Assembly (NCBI GenBank): GCA_945861565.1
Contig: CAMAUY010000007.1
Span: forward strand, 3,116 to 67,115
Source of the DNA: Akkermansia muciniphila
Lineage (GTDB): Bacteria; Verrucomicrobiota; Verrucomicrobiia; Limisphaerales; UBA9464
Reading direction: 5' to 3'
DNA length: 64,000 nt
Shown: one piece after another, positions 55,509 through 64,000 of the stretch
Layout of the letters: the number at the start of each line of letters is the position of its first letter
Position numbering within the stretch: position 1 is the first letter of the stretch
The notes under the pieces: model-generated
What the model saw: only the letters and a program-made list of their open reading frames with translations
What the model was told of the DNA's origin: nothing
The model's database searches: none
Made by a program: the position numbers and the translations under genes

Positions 55509-58500
55509 TCACTCCTTGGTGATCGTTTCATCGAGGTTCAGTAGCACATTGGCGACGGTGGTCCACGCCGCCAAGTCCAATTCGTCCACCTGCTCGGCGC
55601 GTTTGGCTTCACCGGTTGCCAAAAGATCCACGGCGGCCTTTAAATCCTTCTGATACGTCGCAACCATGTCGGCATGGACGTCCGAAAGGATCTTCCGCTC
55701 CCTCGGGGAAGGGGGACGGGCGAGCACCGTCTTGTAGGCATAGGTGATTCGCTGATTTAGATCGGGTCCACCCTCTTTTACGACTCGCTCGGCGAACACC
55801 CGGGCCGCTTCAACGAAGCCTTTCTCGTTGAGCGTGACGAACGCCTGCAACGGCGTGCAGGTCAATCCGCGTTGCTCGGTGCAAATCGCACGATCCGGTG
55901 CGTCGAACGTCATCAGGGTCGGATTTGGCACGGTGCGCTTCCAAAGTGTATAGAGGCTGCGCCGGTAGAGATCCGCTCCCTTGCTCTCCTCGTACTTATT
56001 CCCCCCAAACATTTTCTCCTCCCACAAGCCTGCGGGCTGATACGGTTTGACACTTGGCCCGCCGGTTGGGCGTTTGCGGTCGAGCAGACCCGCGAAATCG
56101 AGCGCGCAATCGCGGATGGTTTCCGCAGTGAGTCGCAGACGCGGTCCACGCGCCAGAAGGCGATTGTTCGGATCGCGCAGCAGCAATTCCGGAGTCGGCG
56201 TTGCCGACTGGCGATAGGTCGCTGACATCACGATCCTCCTTTGCATCGCTTTGATATTCCAACCGCTATCGATGAATTCGCGCGCCAGCCAATCGAGGAG
56301 CTCGGGATGCGATGGTAGCTCGCCCTGGGTGCCAAATTCGTTGCCGGTCTTCACCAGGCCCGTCCCAAAGTACGAAGCCCAGTAACGATTCACCGTTACG
56401 CGACTGAGCAGCGGATGCTTGGGATCCACGAGCCAGTTCGCCAGGGTCAAGCGGTTTGTTTTCTCGGCCGGCACGAGCGGCGGTAGGATGCGTGGTACTC
56501 CGGCGGTGACCTTATCGCCCTTGGCGCGATAATCGCCCCGGACACGAATCTGAGTCACACGTGGTTCGGCCATCTCTTCCATTACCCGGAGTGTTGGGAT
56601 TTGTTTGTCCAAATTTTTCGTCGCTTGTCGTCTGTCTGCGAGCCGGGCATTCAGCGTCTTGAGTTCCGGGTAAAAATTGTCGCGATAATATTCCTTCAAT
56701 TCCGTCCTCTGCTCGCCGGCAATTTGACCTGGAGGGACGAACAGGGCCGATTGGATATTTTGCGGCAGCCCGGCGAATTCAGCGAGGCCGGCGGCCGAAC
56801 TCGCCGCCAAACGGAAGTGACCCAAGACCTGCCCCGGCGTGCTCGATTCGAATTTGAGCTTCAATTTCAGCCGGGTTCCGCCCTCGAAGAGGATCGGCCT
56901 CTTGACGAGAAAAAGGGCCTGACGGTTTCGCCGAAGTTCGTCGTTTTGTCCATCGATCGACCAGCCCGTGTTGGCATTATCGTCCAGCGCGGCTTTCACA
57001 TTGAAATCCTTCTGACTGTAATCTGCCAGCGCCGTCTCAAATTCCACTGGGTACTTCGTGACGGGCTCTTTGGAAGGGGCGAAAAGAAACCCGTAGATGC
57101 CACCGCCGTGATGCACCTTAAGGAGAAGGCTATTTTCTCCCGGCTTCAGCAGAACCATTTCCTCATTGGGAGCGGGTGCAACCCGACGAAAAACCTTTCC
57201 GTTTTGGACCTTTGCTCCATTCAGCCATAGTTGCATACCTCCATCGCTACCGAAGGTGATATTGATGAAGCGAGCCGTCTTCACCGTAATCTTCCGGTGG
57301 AAGTACGTGACTTGGTTTTCTCCGGAGAGCGGCTGGGTTGTGCCATCCTTCCAATCCGGGGTCTCCTTCCAGCGCAGAGTGTCTCCCTCATAGCTTTTCT
57401 TCAAATCTAGCTCAGTCTCGTTGATGAACGGCTTCTCGAACACCTCCTGTGCCGAGCCTGCCTTGAATGGCCCGAGCGCCGACCAGGACCCCCATTCAAT
57501 CTCGCTCATCGGTGGTTCCTGAAGCGGGTCGATACTCTCCGCTTCCGCCTCAAATCCGGTCAGGATGAAACTGCCATTCGTGGCACGACTGACCCCTTTG
57601 AGTGGAAGGGAATCGTGAGTGAGGGCTTCCAGTCTCAGTGCGGTCAGGGCCCTCTCGGGGGTTTCGACAGAAATTTCATAGATATCCTTGGCCGCATTCG
57701 TGCCGCGGGCGAGAATGGAAAGGTCCTCGAGCGTTTCCAATTCGGCGCCGCTCGCTGCGGTGGCGACCGTGGGCGTCAGATTGGTCCAATTGGAATGAAC
57801 TCGCTGACGCAGCGTCTCCTCCCATGCGGCCTGGTCCCGGCGAAGCGTGTCATCGGGCTTGTCAATCAACTCACGGCGTTGTTTTTCAAGAGCCACGACC
57901 TCGTTATTGAGTCGTGTCATCGCCATCACTTGGTCAGGTATCGGAAGCTTGACGAACGGAGGGGCCGGATCACTGTCCAGGCCCCTTTCCGGGATGCGAT
58001 TAAAGAAATCGTACAATTCGTAATACTCACGCTGGGTGAACTGATCATACTTGTGGTCGTGGCATTCGGTGCATGCCGTGCTCGACCCGAGAAAAACGGT
58101 GCCGAAGGTGTTCACGCGGTCGGTGACATACTTATTCATGTATTCGTCCGGGTCGGCCCCACCTTCGGTGCTACTCATGCCGTTTCGGTTGAAGGCGGTC
58201 GCAATGCGCTGTTCGATCGTGGCATTTGGCAGCAGATCGCCCGCAATCTGTTCGCGTGTGAACTGATCGAACGGCTTATTGTCGTTGAACGAATGGATGA
58301 CGTAGTCGCGATACTGCCACATCGAACGTGCCGTGTCCGCGTGGTAACCGTCTGAATCTGCGTAGCGCGCCAAGTCGAGCCATTGTTGGGCGAACTTTTC
58401 ACCAAACCCCTGCATGGCTAGCAAGCGATCGACCACCTTTTCATAGGCGCCCGGTGCCGGGTCAGAAAGAAACGCCTCCACTTCGGCAACCGTGGGGGGA

Positions 58501-59102
58501 AGGCCAATGAGATCGAGTGTCACCCGGCGAATCAGAGTATGCCTCGCAGCCTCCGCGGACGGCTTCAATCCCTCTTTCTCCAACCGCGCAAGAATGAAGG
58601 GGTCAATCTCATTGATCGGCCACGTCTTGTCCCGCACGGAGGGCAGGGGAGGTCGTTCGAGTGGGATGTAGGCCCAGTGCTGTTTGAACTCAGCTCCCTC
58701 CGAAATCCAGGCGCGAAGGATCCCGATTTGTTCCTGGGTCAGCCGCTTGCCGGTCTTCTTTGGCGGCATGCGCTCTTCGTCATCGGCCGTGGAAACGACT
58801 TTCAGTAGGAGGCTATTCTCGAGATCCTTTGGGATTACCGCGCGCCCGCCTGACTCCAACAGAGCCATTGCATCGTCGCGCAGATCCAGGCGCAACCCCG
58901 CCTTGCGCTTGTTCTTGTCTGGTCCATGACAGGCAAAACAATTCTCGGCGAGGATGGGACGAATATCGCGATTGAAGTCGATGGAGTGTTGAACGGCGGG
59001 AGGTGCTGGTTTGGCCGCGGTGCAATTCAAAGCGACCGAAATCAGAATTAAGAATGCACACAGGCGACCCCCGCCGGGAAATGGACTCCGATTGTGGCTC
59101 AT
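55509..59102 (-). CDS. planctomycete-type cytochrome c (PSCyt) + DUF1549 + DUF1553 protein
   Basis: Heme motif CFACHGPD near the N-terminus. DUF1549 LIRRVTLDLIGLPPTVAEVEAF...FGEKFAQQWLDLARYADSDGY. Central CTECHDHKYD. DUF1553 C-terminal SATYRQS ... LLNLDETITKE. Confidence 0.85.
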   Translation of the reverse strand: MSHNRSPFPGGGRLCAFLILISVALNCTAAKPAPPAVQHSIDFNRDIRPILAENCFACHGPDKNKRKAGLRLDLRDDAMALLESGGRAVIPKDLENSLLLKVVSTADDEERMPPKKTGKRLTQEQIGILRAWISEGAEFKQHWAYIPLERPPLPSVRDKTWPINEIDPFILARLEKEGLKPSAEAARHTLIRRVTLDLIGLPPTVAEVEAFLSDPAPGAYEKVVDRLLAMQGFGEKFAQQWLDLARYADSDGYHADTARSMWQYRDYVIHSFNDNKPFDQFTREQIAGDLLPNATIEQRIATAFNRNGMSSTEGGADPDEYMNKYVTDRVNTFGTVFLGSSTACTECHDHKYDQFTQREYYELYDFFNRIPERGLDSDPAPPFVKLPIPDQVMAMTRLNNEVVALEKQRRELIDKPDDTLRRDQAAWEETLRQRVHSNWTNLTPTVATAASGAELETLEDLSILARGTNAAKDIYEISVETPERALTALRLEALTHDSLPLKGVSRATNGSFILTGFEAEAESIDPLQEPPMSEIEWGSWSALGPFKAGSAQEVFEKPFINETELDLKKSYEGDTLRWKETPDWKDGTTQPLSGENQVTYFHRKITVKTARFINITFGSDGGMQLWLNGAKVQNGKVFRRVAPAPNEEMVLLKPGENSLLLKVHHGGGIYGFLFAPSKEPVTKYPVEFETALADYSQKDFNVKAALDDNANTGWSIDGQNDELRRNRQALFLVKRPILFEGGTRLKLKLKFESSTPGQVLGHFRLAASSAAGLAEFAGLPQNIQSALFVPPGQIAGEQRTELKEYYRDNFYPELKTLNARLADRRQATKNLDKQIPTLRVMEEMAEPRVTQIRVRGDYRAKGDKVTAGVPRILPPLVPAEKTNRLTLANWLVDPKHPLLSRVTVNRYWASYFGTGLVKTGNEFGTQGELPSHPELLDWLAREFIDSGWNIKAMQRRIVMSATYRQSATPTPELLLRDPNNRLLARGPRLRLTAETIRDCALDFAGLLDRKRPTGGPSVKPYQPAGLWEEKMFGGNKYEESKGADLYRRSLYTLWKRTVPNPTLMTFDAPDRAICTEQRGLTCTPLQAFVTLNEKGFVEAARVFAERVVKEGGPDLNQRITYAYKTVLARPPSPRERKILSDVHADMVATYQKDLKAAVDLLATGEAKRAEQVDELDLAAWTTVANVLLNLDETITKE

Positions 59103-59279
59103 GGGAATGGTTAATACCCGGAAGCTTTCCGTGCGTCTAGGATTGATGGAGCCAAAACTTAACTGCGGACTCAGCCGTCCCGGCGCTTGACACGCTTCTG
59201 AGCGGGCAAGATGCTCGGAAAACTCCCTTAGGTTCTGAAGTCAATGCGACCCAATCGGTGACTCCAAAAAATTCCGACC

Positions 59280-60398
59280 ATGAAATCAATTATCCGTCTC
59301 CTCCACGTCCTGCTGGTGTCGCTGTTCCTAACTGCCGTTGCAACCGATGCCGCCGATTGGACCGACGGCATGAAGGAGGGGAACCCCACCCTTCGCTCCA
59401 TGGGACCGCTCGCTTTTGGTCCCGAGGGTATTCTTTTCGTTGCCGACACCCGCGGGGCGGCCGTGGTCGCCATCGCCACCGGAGACACGGTGCCCGCAGG
59501 CGGCAATCGGCCGCTGAAGGTGGACGGCATCAATCAAAAGATCGCCGGACTGCTCGGCACGGTAGCCGATCAGATCCTGATCGAGGACCTAGCAGTGAAC
59601 CCGATCTCGCACAACGCCTACCTCGCCATCTCGCGGGGACGCGGGCCCGATGCGATCTCGGTTCTAGTGCGAGTGAAATCGGACGGCCAGCCGGAAATCA
59701 TCCCGCTGGACCGGGTGAAATTCTCGCGTGGGGACCTTCCCAACGCTCCGGCCGAAGGGGTTGCGGGCCCTGGCAACCGTCCGGGTAACCCGCGGCAAGA
59801 GTCCGTCACGGACATCGCTTTTTATGAAAATCGTTTGCTGGTCGCCGGCCTCTCGAATGAAGAATTTGCCTCGACGCTCCGGGCGATCCCTTTCCCGTTC
59901 AAATCGGTCGGCCGCGGGACGAGTGTTGAGATTTTCCACGGCGCGCACGGAAAGTTTGAGACGCGTTCGCCAGTCCGCACCTTTGTGCCCTTCAAGGTCC
60001 GGAACGAGCCGCACCTCTTGGCGGCCTACACCTGCACACCGTTGGTCGAATTCGCGATGGACGAGCTGAAACCCGGCGCGAAGATTCAAGGCAAGACCAT
60101 CGCCGAACTCGGTAATCGTAATCGTCCGATCGACATGATCGTTTACCACAAAGACGGCAAGGATTTCCTGCTACTCGCGAACAGCAGCCGGGGCATCATG
60201 AAGATTCGCACGGACCAAATCGGGCAAATCGAGAGCATCACCGCGCCGGTGAAGGCGGAGCGACAGGGACTGCCGTACGAGACAATTGCGAGCTGGCAGG
60301 GGATTGAACAACTGGACAGCCTCGATGCCCTGCACGCCTTAGTCATCCGCCGCGGCGACGGCGGCTCGCTGAACCTTGAGTCGTTGGATTTCCCGTGA
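59280..60398 (+). CDS. hypothetical secreted protein (beta-rich, family unknown)
   Basis: Signal peptide MKSIIRLLHVLLVSLFLTAVATDA. No motif I can assign. Confidence 0.65.
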   Translation: MKSIIRLLHVLLVSLFLTAVATDAADWTDGMKEGNPTLRSMGPLAFGPEGILFVADTRGAAVVAIATGDTVPAGGNRPLKVDGINQKIAGLLGTVADQILIEDLAVNPISHNAYLAISRGRGPDAISVLVRVKSDGQPEIIPLDRVKFSRGDLPNAPAEGVAGPGNRPGNPRQESVTDIAFYENRLLVAGLSNEEFASTLRAIPFPFKSVGRGTSVEIFHGAHGKFETRSPVRTFVPFKVRNEPHLLAAYTCTPLVEFAMDELKPGAKIQGKTIAELGNRNRPIDMIVYHKDGKDFLLLANSSRGIMKIRTDQIGQIESITAPVKAERQGLPYETIASWQGIEQLDSLDALHALVIRRGDGGSLNLESLDFP

Positions 60399-61588
60399 CG
60401 CGAGGCCTTGCAGTCTGGCCCGCTGCGGTCGTGATTGTTAGCGTCGTGCTGATGGCCTGCCGCCCGGGTTCAGTTGCAAGGGTTCAGAATTCCTCCGGTG
60501 CCAGCGTCCTCGTTCACTGGCGTCGCGAACGGTCGGACACCAACCGGTTTGTCGTGGAGGTGGTTGGCCTGGACATGGTGGCGCTGAAACAATTCCAGAA
60601 TCGGAAGCCGATACCTTGGCCGCGCCTGCTGGCGGCCTATGCCGATACGGGCGATGTCCGGATTGACGTCGAATTGCCGCCCATGGTCGGCAACTACCGA
60701 GTTCAGTCTGGCATGCTTCGTTTCGAGCCCGCCTACCCGTTGCAGCCCGGTGTCCAGTATCGCGCTGTCTGTCATCCGGACGCTCTGCCGGGGGGACGCG
60801 GCAGTTTGGTTACCGCGACACTCAAGGTGCCGGCGCAATCGACGAACCCCCGCACCGTCGTCTCCCGAATCTATCCCAGCGCGGGAGAACTCCCCGAGAA
60901 CTTGCTGAAGTTTTACGTGCAATTTTCTGGCCCCATGCAGCGCGGACACATCTATGAACATATCCATTTGCGCAACGCTTCCGGCCGGGATGTCGAGCTT
61001 CCCTTCCTCGAGATTGATGAGGAATTGTGGGACCCGTCACTAACCCGCCTGACGCTCTTCATTGATCCGGGTCGGATCAAACGGGGTGTCCGTCCGCTCG
61101 AAGAAGTCGGATCGTCGCTCCAAGCGGGCCAACGCTACACGTTGGTTATTGATTCGGCGTGGAACGACGGCGTTGGCAATCCGCTCCGGGAATCGTTTCA
61201 CAAAGAGTTCCGGGTCGGACCTCCGAACCGTGAGCCGATCGACCCGACCCAGTGGAGAATTGACACGCCGAAGAAGGGAACACGCACGCCGCTCCGGCTC
61301 ACGTTCCCGCAGCCGATGGACCATGCGCTGGCGCAGCGCGTCATCCGTGTCGGCGACCCCGCGGGGCACCTGATGGCGGGTGAAACCCGTTTGGGAAATG
61401 AAGAGCGGCAGTGGAGTTTCATTCCGTCGCAATCCTGGCGGGGAGGACGCTACGAGCTCGTCGTCCAAACTACGTTGGAAGACCTGGCGGGCAATAACAT
61501 CGGCAAGCCTTTCGAAGTGGACCTCCTGGAACCTGTGCAACGGCGCATATCAAACTCCAGTGTTCGGGTGCCCTTCGAGGTTCGATGA
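60395..61588 (+). CDS. hypothetical lipoprotein-like protein with Ig-like (SbsA/Big-type) modules
   Basis: The GTG start overlaps the upstream stop (GTGA at 60395-60398). Lipobox-like VLMAC. Modules of the type LKFYVQFSGPMQ and LRLTFPQPMDHA resemble Ig-like domain openings. Confidence 0.65.
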   Translation: MTRGLAVWPAAVVIVSVVLMACRPGSVARVQNSSGASVLVHWRRERSDTNRFVVEVVGLDMVALKQFQNRKPIPWPRLLAAYADTGDVRIDVELPPMVGNYRVQSGMLRFEPAYPLQPGVQYRAVCHPDALPGGRGSLVTATLKVPAQSTNPRTVVSRIYPSAGELPENLLKFYVQFSGPMQRGHIYEHIHLRNASGRDVELPFLEIDEELWDPSLTRLTLFIDPGRIKRGVRPLEEVGSSLQAGQRYTLVIDSAWNDGVGNPLRESFHKEFRVGPPNREPIDPTQWRIDTPKKGTRTPLRLTFPQPMDHALAQRVIRVGDPAGHLMAGETRLGNEERQWSFIPSQSWRGGRYELVVQTTLEDLAGNNIGKPFEVDLLEPVQRRISNSSVRVPFEVR

Positions 61589-61596
61589 TGGTTGAC

Positions 61597-61839
61597 GGCC
61601 CTGGATGGCCACGGAGTTTGGCCATTCCGGAGGCGCGGAGCGCCGCAAGAACTTAGCCCATGGCGTGAGCCGTGGGATTTCAGGCAACGCGGTGCACGAG
61701 CCCAGGAGGGGCGACAGAGAATATCGCCACCATATGGCGCATTATCCTCAGGCTCTGTCGCCCTTGACGGGGCTTGCGTTTTGCGCCAACACCCTCCCAC
61801 GGCTCACGCCGTGGGCTAGGATCTGACGCCGCTCCGCGG
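61597..61839. repeat. family C fragment plus family-B nested-palindrome repeat filling the gap between convergent genes
   Basis: ccctggatggccacggagtttggccatt, then tccggaggcgcggagcgccgcaagaacttagcccatggcgtgagccgtggga ... ggggcgacagag...ctctgtcgccc ... tcccacggctcacgccgtgggctaggatctgacgccgctccgcggc. The outer arms are reverse complements. Confidence 0.8.
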
Positions 61840-63309
61840 CTATGTCAAAATGTGCCGGATCACCTTCCCCTCGACATTGGTCAGTCGTCGCTGAACGCCA
61901 TTGTGCTCGAAGGTGAGCGTCTCGTGATCGAGGCCGAGCAGGTGCAGGAGAGTTGCGTTGAAGTCGTAGAGCGGATGGATGTCTTGGACGGCTTTCTGGC
62001 CGAGTTCGTCGGTGACTCCGTGGCTGACGCCGGGTTTCACGCCCGCACCCGTCATCCAGCAGGTGAACCCGTCGGGGTTGTGGTCGCGGCCGAGCGCGCC
62101 CTTCTGAAAAAATGGCATCCGCCCAAACTCCGTGCACCAGACCACCAGCGTGTTCTCCAACAATCCGCGTTGGCGAAGATCACGGATGAGCGCGGCGGCG
62201 GGCTGGTCGAGAATCGCAGCGTGTTTGTCGTATTGCTCCTTGAGTTTGCTATGACCGTCCCAATTAAGATCGCCGCCACTAGCATAGGCACCGTTGAAGA
62301 GTTGCACGAAGCGCACGCCTTTCTCGATGAGGCGGCGGGCGAGTATGCAGTTGCGGGCAAAACCAGCCTTGATGGGATTCAATACATCGTCCGCACCATA
62401 ACTCTTGAGAATGTGCGCCGGCTCCGTCGAGAGGTCACTGATCTCCGGGACGCTGAGTTGCATGCGCGCGGCGAGTTCGTAGCTGGCAATGCGTGCGGCA
62501 AGTTTACCATCGCCTGGATGTTGCTCCAAATGGCGCTGATTCATGCGTTGCAAGAGTGACCGTGCCGCGCGATCCGCGTCGGCTGAAATCCCGGGCGCGG
62601 CCAGATGACGGACGGGATCTTTCGCGCTGAACGTCGTGCCTTGGAAAGCCGCGGGCAGAAAGCCGGGCCCCCAATTGTTGGAGCCGTTCTGCGGCACGCC
62701 GCGCGGATCCAGTATCGAAACGAAGACCGGTAGATCTTGATTCTCACTTCCCAGTGCGTAACTCACCCACGAACCGAGGCTCGGAAATCCATCCAGAACG
62801 AAGCCCGTCGAAAGAAAGTTCTCGGCCGGACCATGCGTGTTGCTCTTGCTGGTCAGCGAATGGATGAAAGCGATGTCATCGGTGAGCTCGGCCAGGTGCG
62901 GGATTAAATCGGAAACCATCTTTCCCGTCTGGCCGCGTGGACGGAACGTATACTGCGGCCGGGCGAGATTCCCCGCGGGCCCTTGGAAGGTCACCGCCGG
63001 ACCGCCTGCCAAGGGTTTGCCATCGTGTTTGATCAACTCCGGCTTGTAGTCCCAAGTTTCGAGCTGGCTAACCGCACCGGCGCAGAAGATGACAACTACG
63101 TTTTTCGCTTTGGGGGGAAAATGGGACAGCCGAGCCGCATAGGGCCGCGATGGATCAATGATCGGAGCGGGTGCCGCCAGCAACCGATCGACGCGAAGCA
63201 GATCCATCAAGGCGATGGAACCGAGTGCGGTCGCCGTGCTGGACAGGAAGTTGCGGCGATCCAGAATACCGCGCCCGGGGCGCGAAAGGTGTTCGGAGGG
63301 GTCGTTCAC
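61840..63309 (-). CDS. DUF1501 domain protein
   Basis: Start placed at GTG 63307-63309 ([30 protein letters not shown]). This forms a GTGA overlap with the upstream stop, as in the other pairs. The track ATG at 63351 would overlap by 46 nt. Confidence 0.8.
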   Translation of the reverse strand: MNDPSEHLSRPGRGILDRRNFLSSTATALGSIALMDLLRVDRLLAAPAPIIDPSRPYAARLSHFPPKAKNVVVIFCAGAVSQLETWDYKPELIKHDGKPLAGGPAVTFQGPAGNLARPQYTFRPRGQTGKMVSDLIPHLAELTDDIAFIHSLTSKSNTHGPAENFLSTGFVLDGFPSLGSWVSYALGSENQDLPVFVSILDPRGVPQNGSNNWGPGFLPAAFQGTTFSAKDPVRHLAAPGISADADRAARSLLQRMNQRHLEQHPGDGKLAARIASYELAARMQLSVPEISDLSTEPAHILKSYGADDVLNPIKAGFARNCILARRLIEKGVRFVQLFNGAYASGGDLNWDGHSKLKEQYDKHAAILDQPAAALIRDLRQRGLLENTLVVWCTEFGRMPFFQKGALGRDHNPDGFTCWMTGAGVKPGVSHGVTDELGQKAVQDIHPLYDFNATLLHLLGLDHETLTFEHNGVQRRLTNVEGKVIRHILT

Positions 63310-64000
63310 GGCATAAACAGGAATTCGTTGCTGTTGAAAAGGGCGCGGCACAGCGTAGGCAATCCGTAATTGCGCACCGCTGGTTCGGCGTCCGCAATTT
63401 CCGGGAGACTTGGACTGCGACCGAGGGCGAGTTGGTAGGCGTGCCGGATCTGTTTTGTAACGTCTTCACCCACATTTGCTTTCACTCGATCGGCGAACGC
63501 CTCCGACTGCTCAAGCGTGAAACGGCTGTTGAGGAGGTTGAGCGCCTGAATGGGGGTGGTCGATTCGCGGCGCCGTGCCGTGCTCTGGCCAGCGTCGGGG
63601 CAGTCAAAAGCGCCAAATACGGCCTCGCGCTCGCGGCGGACCTTGTGGGCAAAGATCATCCGGCGCAGACCGTCGCCACGGAACGACTCGACCGGTGTGA
63701 ATCCACTCAGTCCTCCGCGATTATTGAACAGATCGAAGCCACGGCCGCCCATTTTTAGATTCAGCCTGCCGCTGACCGCGAGCATCGAGTCCCGGATGGG
63801 CTCGGACTCCAGTCGCCGTGAAGGGAAACGCCAAAGGAGGCGAACGTCAGCGTCGATCCGTTGTGCTTCGGAGGGATTAATAATCCGGTTGTCCGCGCCC
63901 GGCTTACCCGATTGATTTGGGACGACTGAATCCTGACCACTGCCCGCTGAACTCTGCCGATAGGTCGCCGAAAGCACGATGAGGCGATGCATGTGTTTGA
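63306..64000 (-). CDS. DUF1549/DUF1553-family protein, C-terminal part (5' end beyond the right edge)
   Basis: The frame is open to position 64000 (..[17 protein letters not shown] ... [12 protein letters not shown]), which is the DUF1553 C-terminal signature. Confidence 0.8.
   Translation of the reverse strand, partial: KHMHRLIVLSATYRQSSAGSGQDSVVPNQSGKPGADNRIINPSEAQRIDADVRLLWRFPSRRLESEPIRDSMLAVSGRLNLKMGGRGFDLFNNRGGLSGFTPVESFRGDGLRRMIFAHKVRREREAVFGAFDCPDAGQSTARRRESTTPIQALNLLNSRFTLEQSEAFADRVKANVGEDVTKQIRHAYQLALGRSPSLPEIADAEPAVRNYGLPTLCRALFNSNEFLFMP

Noticed and set aside
59187-59215. TTGACA-N17-GATGCT, considered as a sigma-70-like promoter for the 59280 operon.
   Set aside because: The -10 match is weak, and the promoter consensus for this lineage is not known to me. 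It is not supportable from sequence alone.

Overview
GC-rich chromosomal segment that looks like a PVC-superphylum bacterium, probably Verrucomicrobiota. All calls were made by eye from motifs; no searches were run. The taxon guess rests on five DUF1501 genes, three DUF1549/DUF1553 genes (one with a CxxCH cytochrome head), three prepilin-type N-methylation-signal proteins, and dense nested-palindrome intergenic repeats.

Housekeeping content:
- ilvH-ilvC
- a class I/II aminotransferase
- the kdsC-lptC-lptA-lptB envelope operon
- transaldolase
- riboflavin synthase
- a Zn-dependent alcohol dehydrogenase
- a Tat-exported FAD oxidase

The left edge carries tRNA-Arg(CCG) followed by the 5' end of an integrase-like ORF that runs off the window. 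I saw no rRNA, CRISPR array, complete prophage or recognisable defence system.

Most interesting loci:
1. 39.1-43.6 kb: a translationally coupled pair, followed by a six-blade Kelch propeller. The first gene encodes a polytopic membrane protein whose last two helices carry MotA/ExbB/TolQ-like motifs. The second encodes a single-pass protein with a lone transmembrane Asp, about 200 aa of coiled coil and a globular C-terminal domain. This is a candidate unconventional ion-driven, Tol-like envelope machine.
2. 17.4-27.5 kb: an ECF sigma factor, an anti-sigma fused to a YfbK-like VWA domain, and a 2356-aa internally duplicated membrane protein of no family I can name.
3. 7.12-7.26 kb: a Val/Ile-rich 17-codon mini-ORF plus a terminator hairpin upstream of ilvH-ilvC, a candidate attenuator.
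4. A cNMP-binding domain fused to a GspE/PilB-type secretion ATPase.
5. A two-component system divergent from a duplicated EF-hand protein with a His/Gly tail.

The 45-52 kb stretch shows gene decay: a glgP pseudogene with three lesions, and an RND/outer-membrane-factor efflux remnant. At least five families of structured intergenic repeats are scattered through the window.
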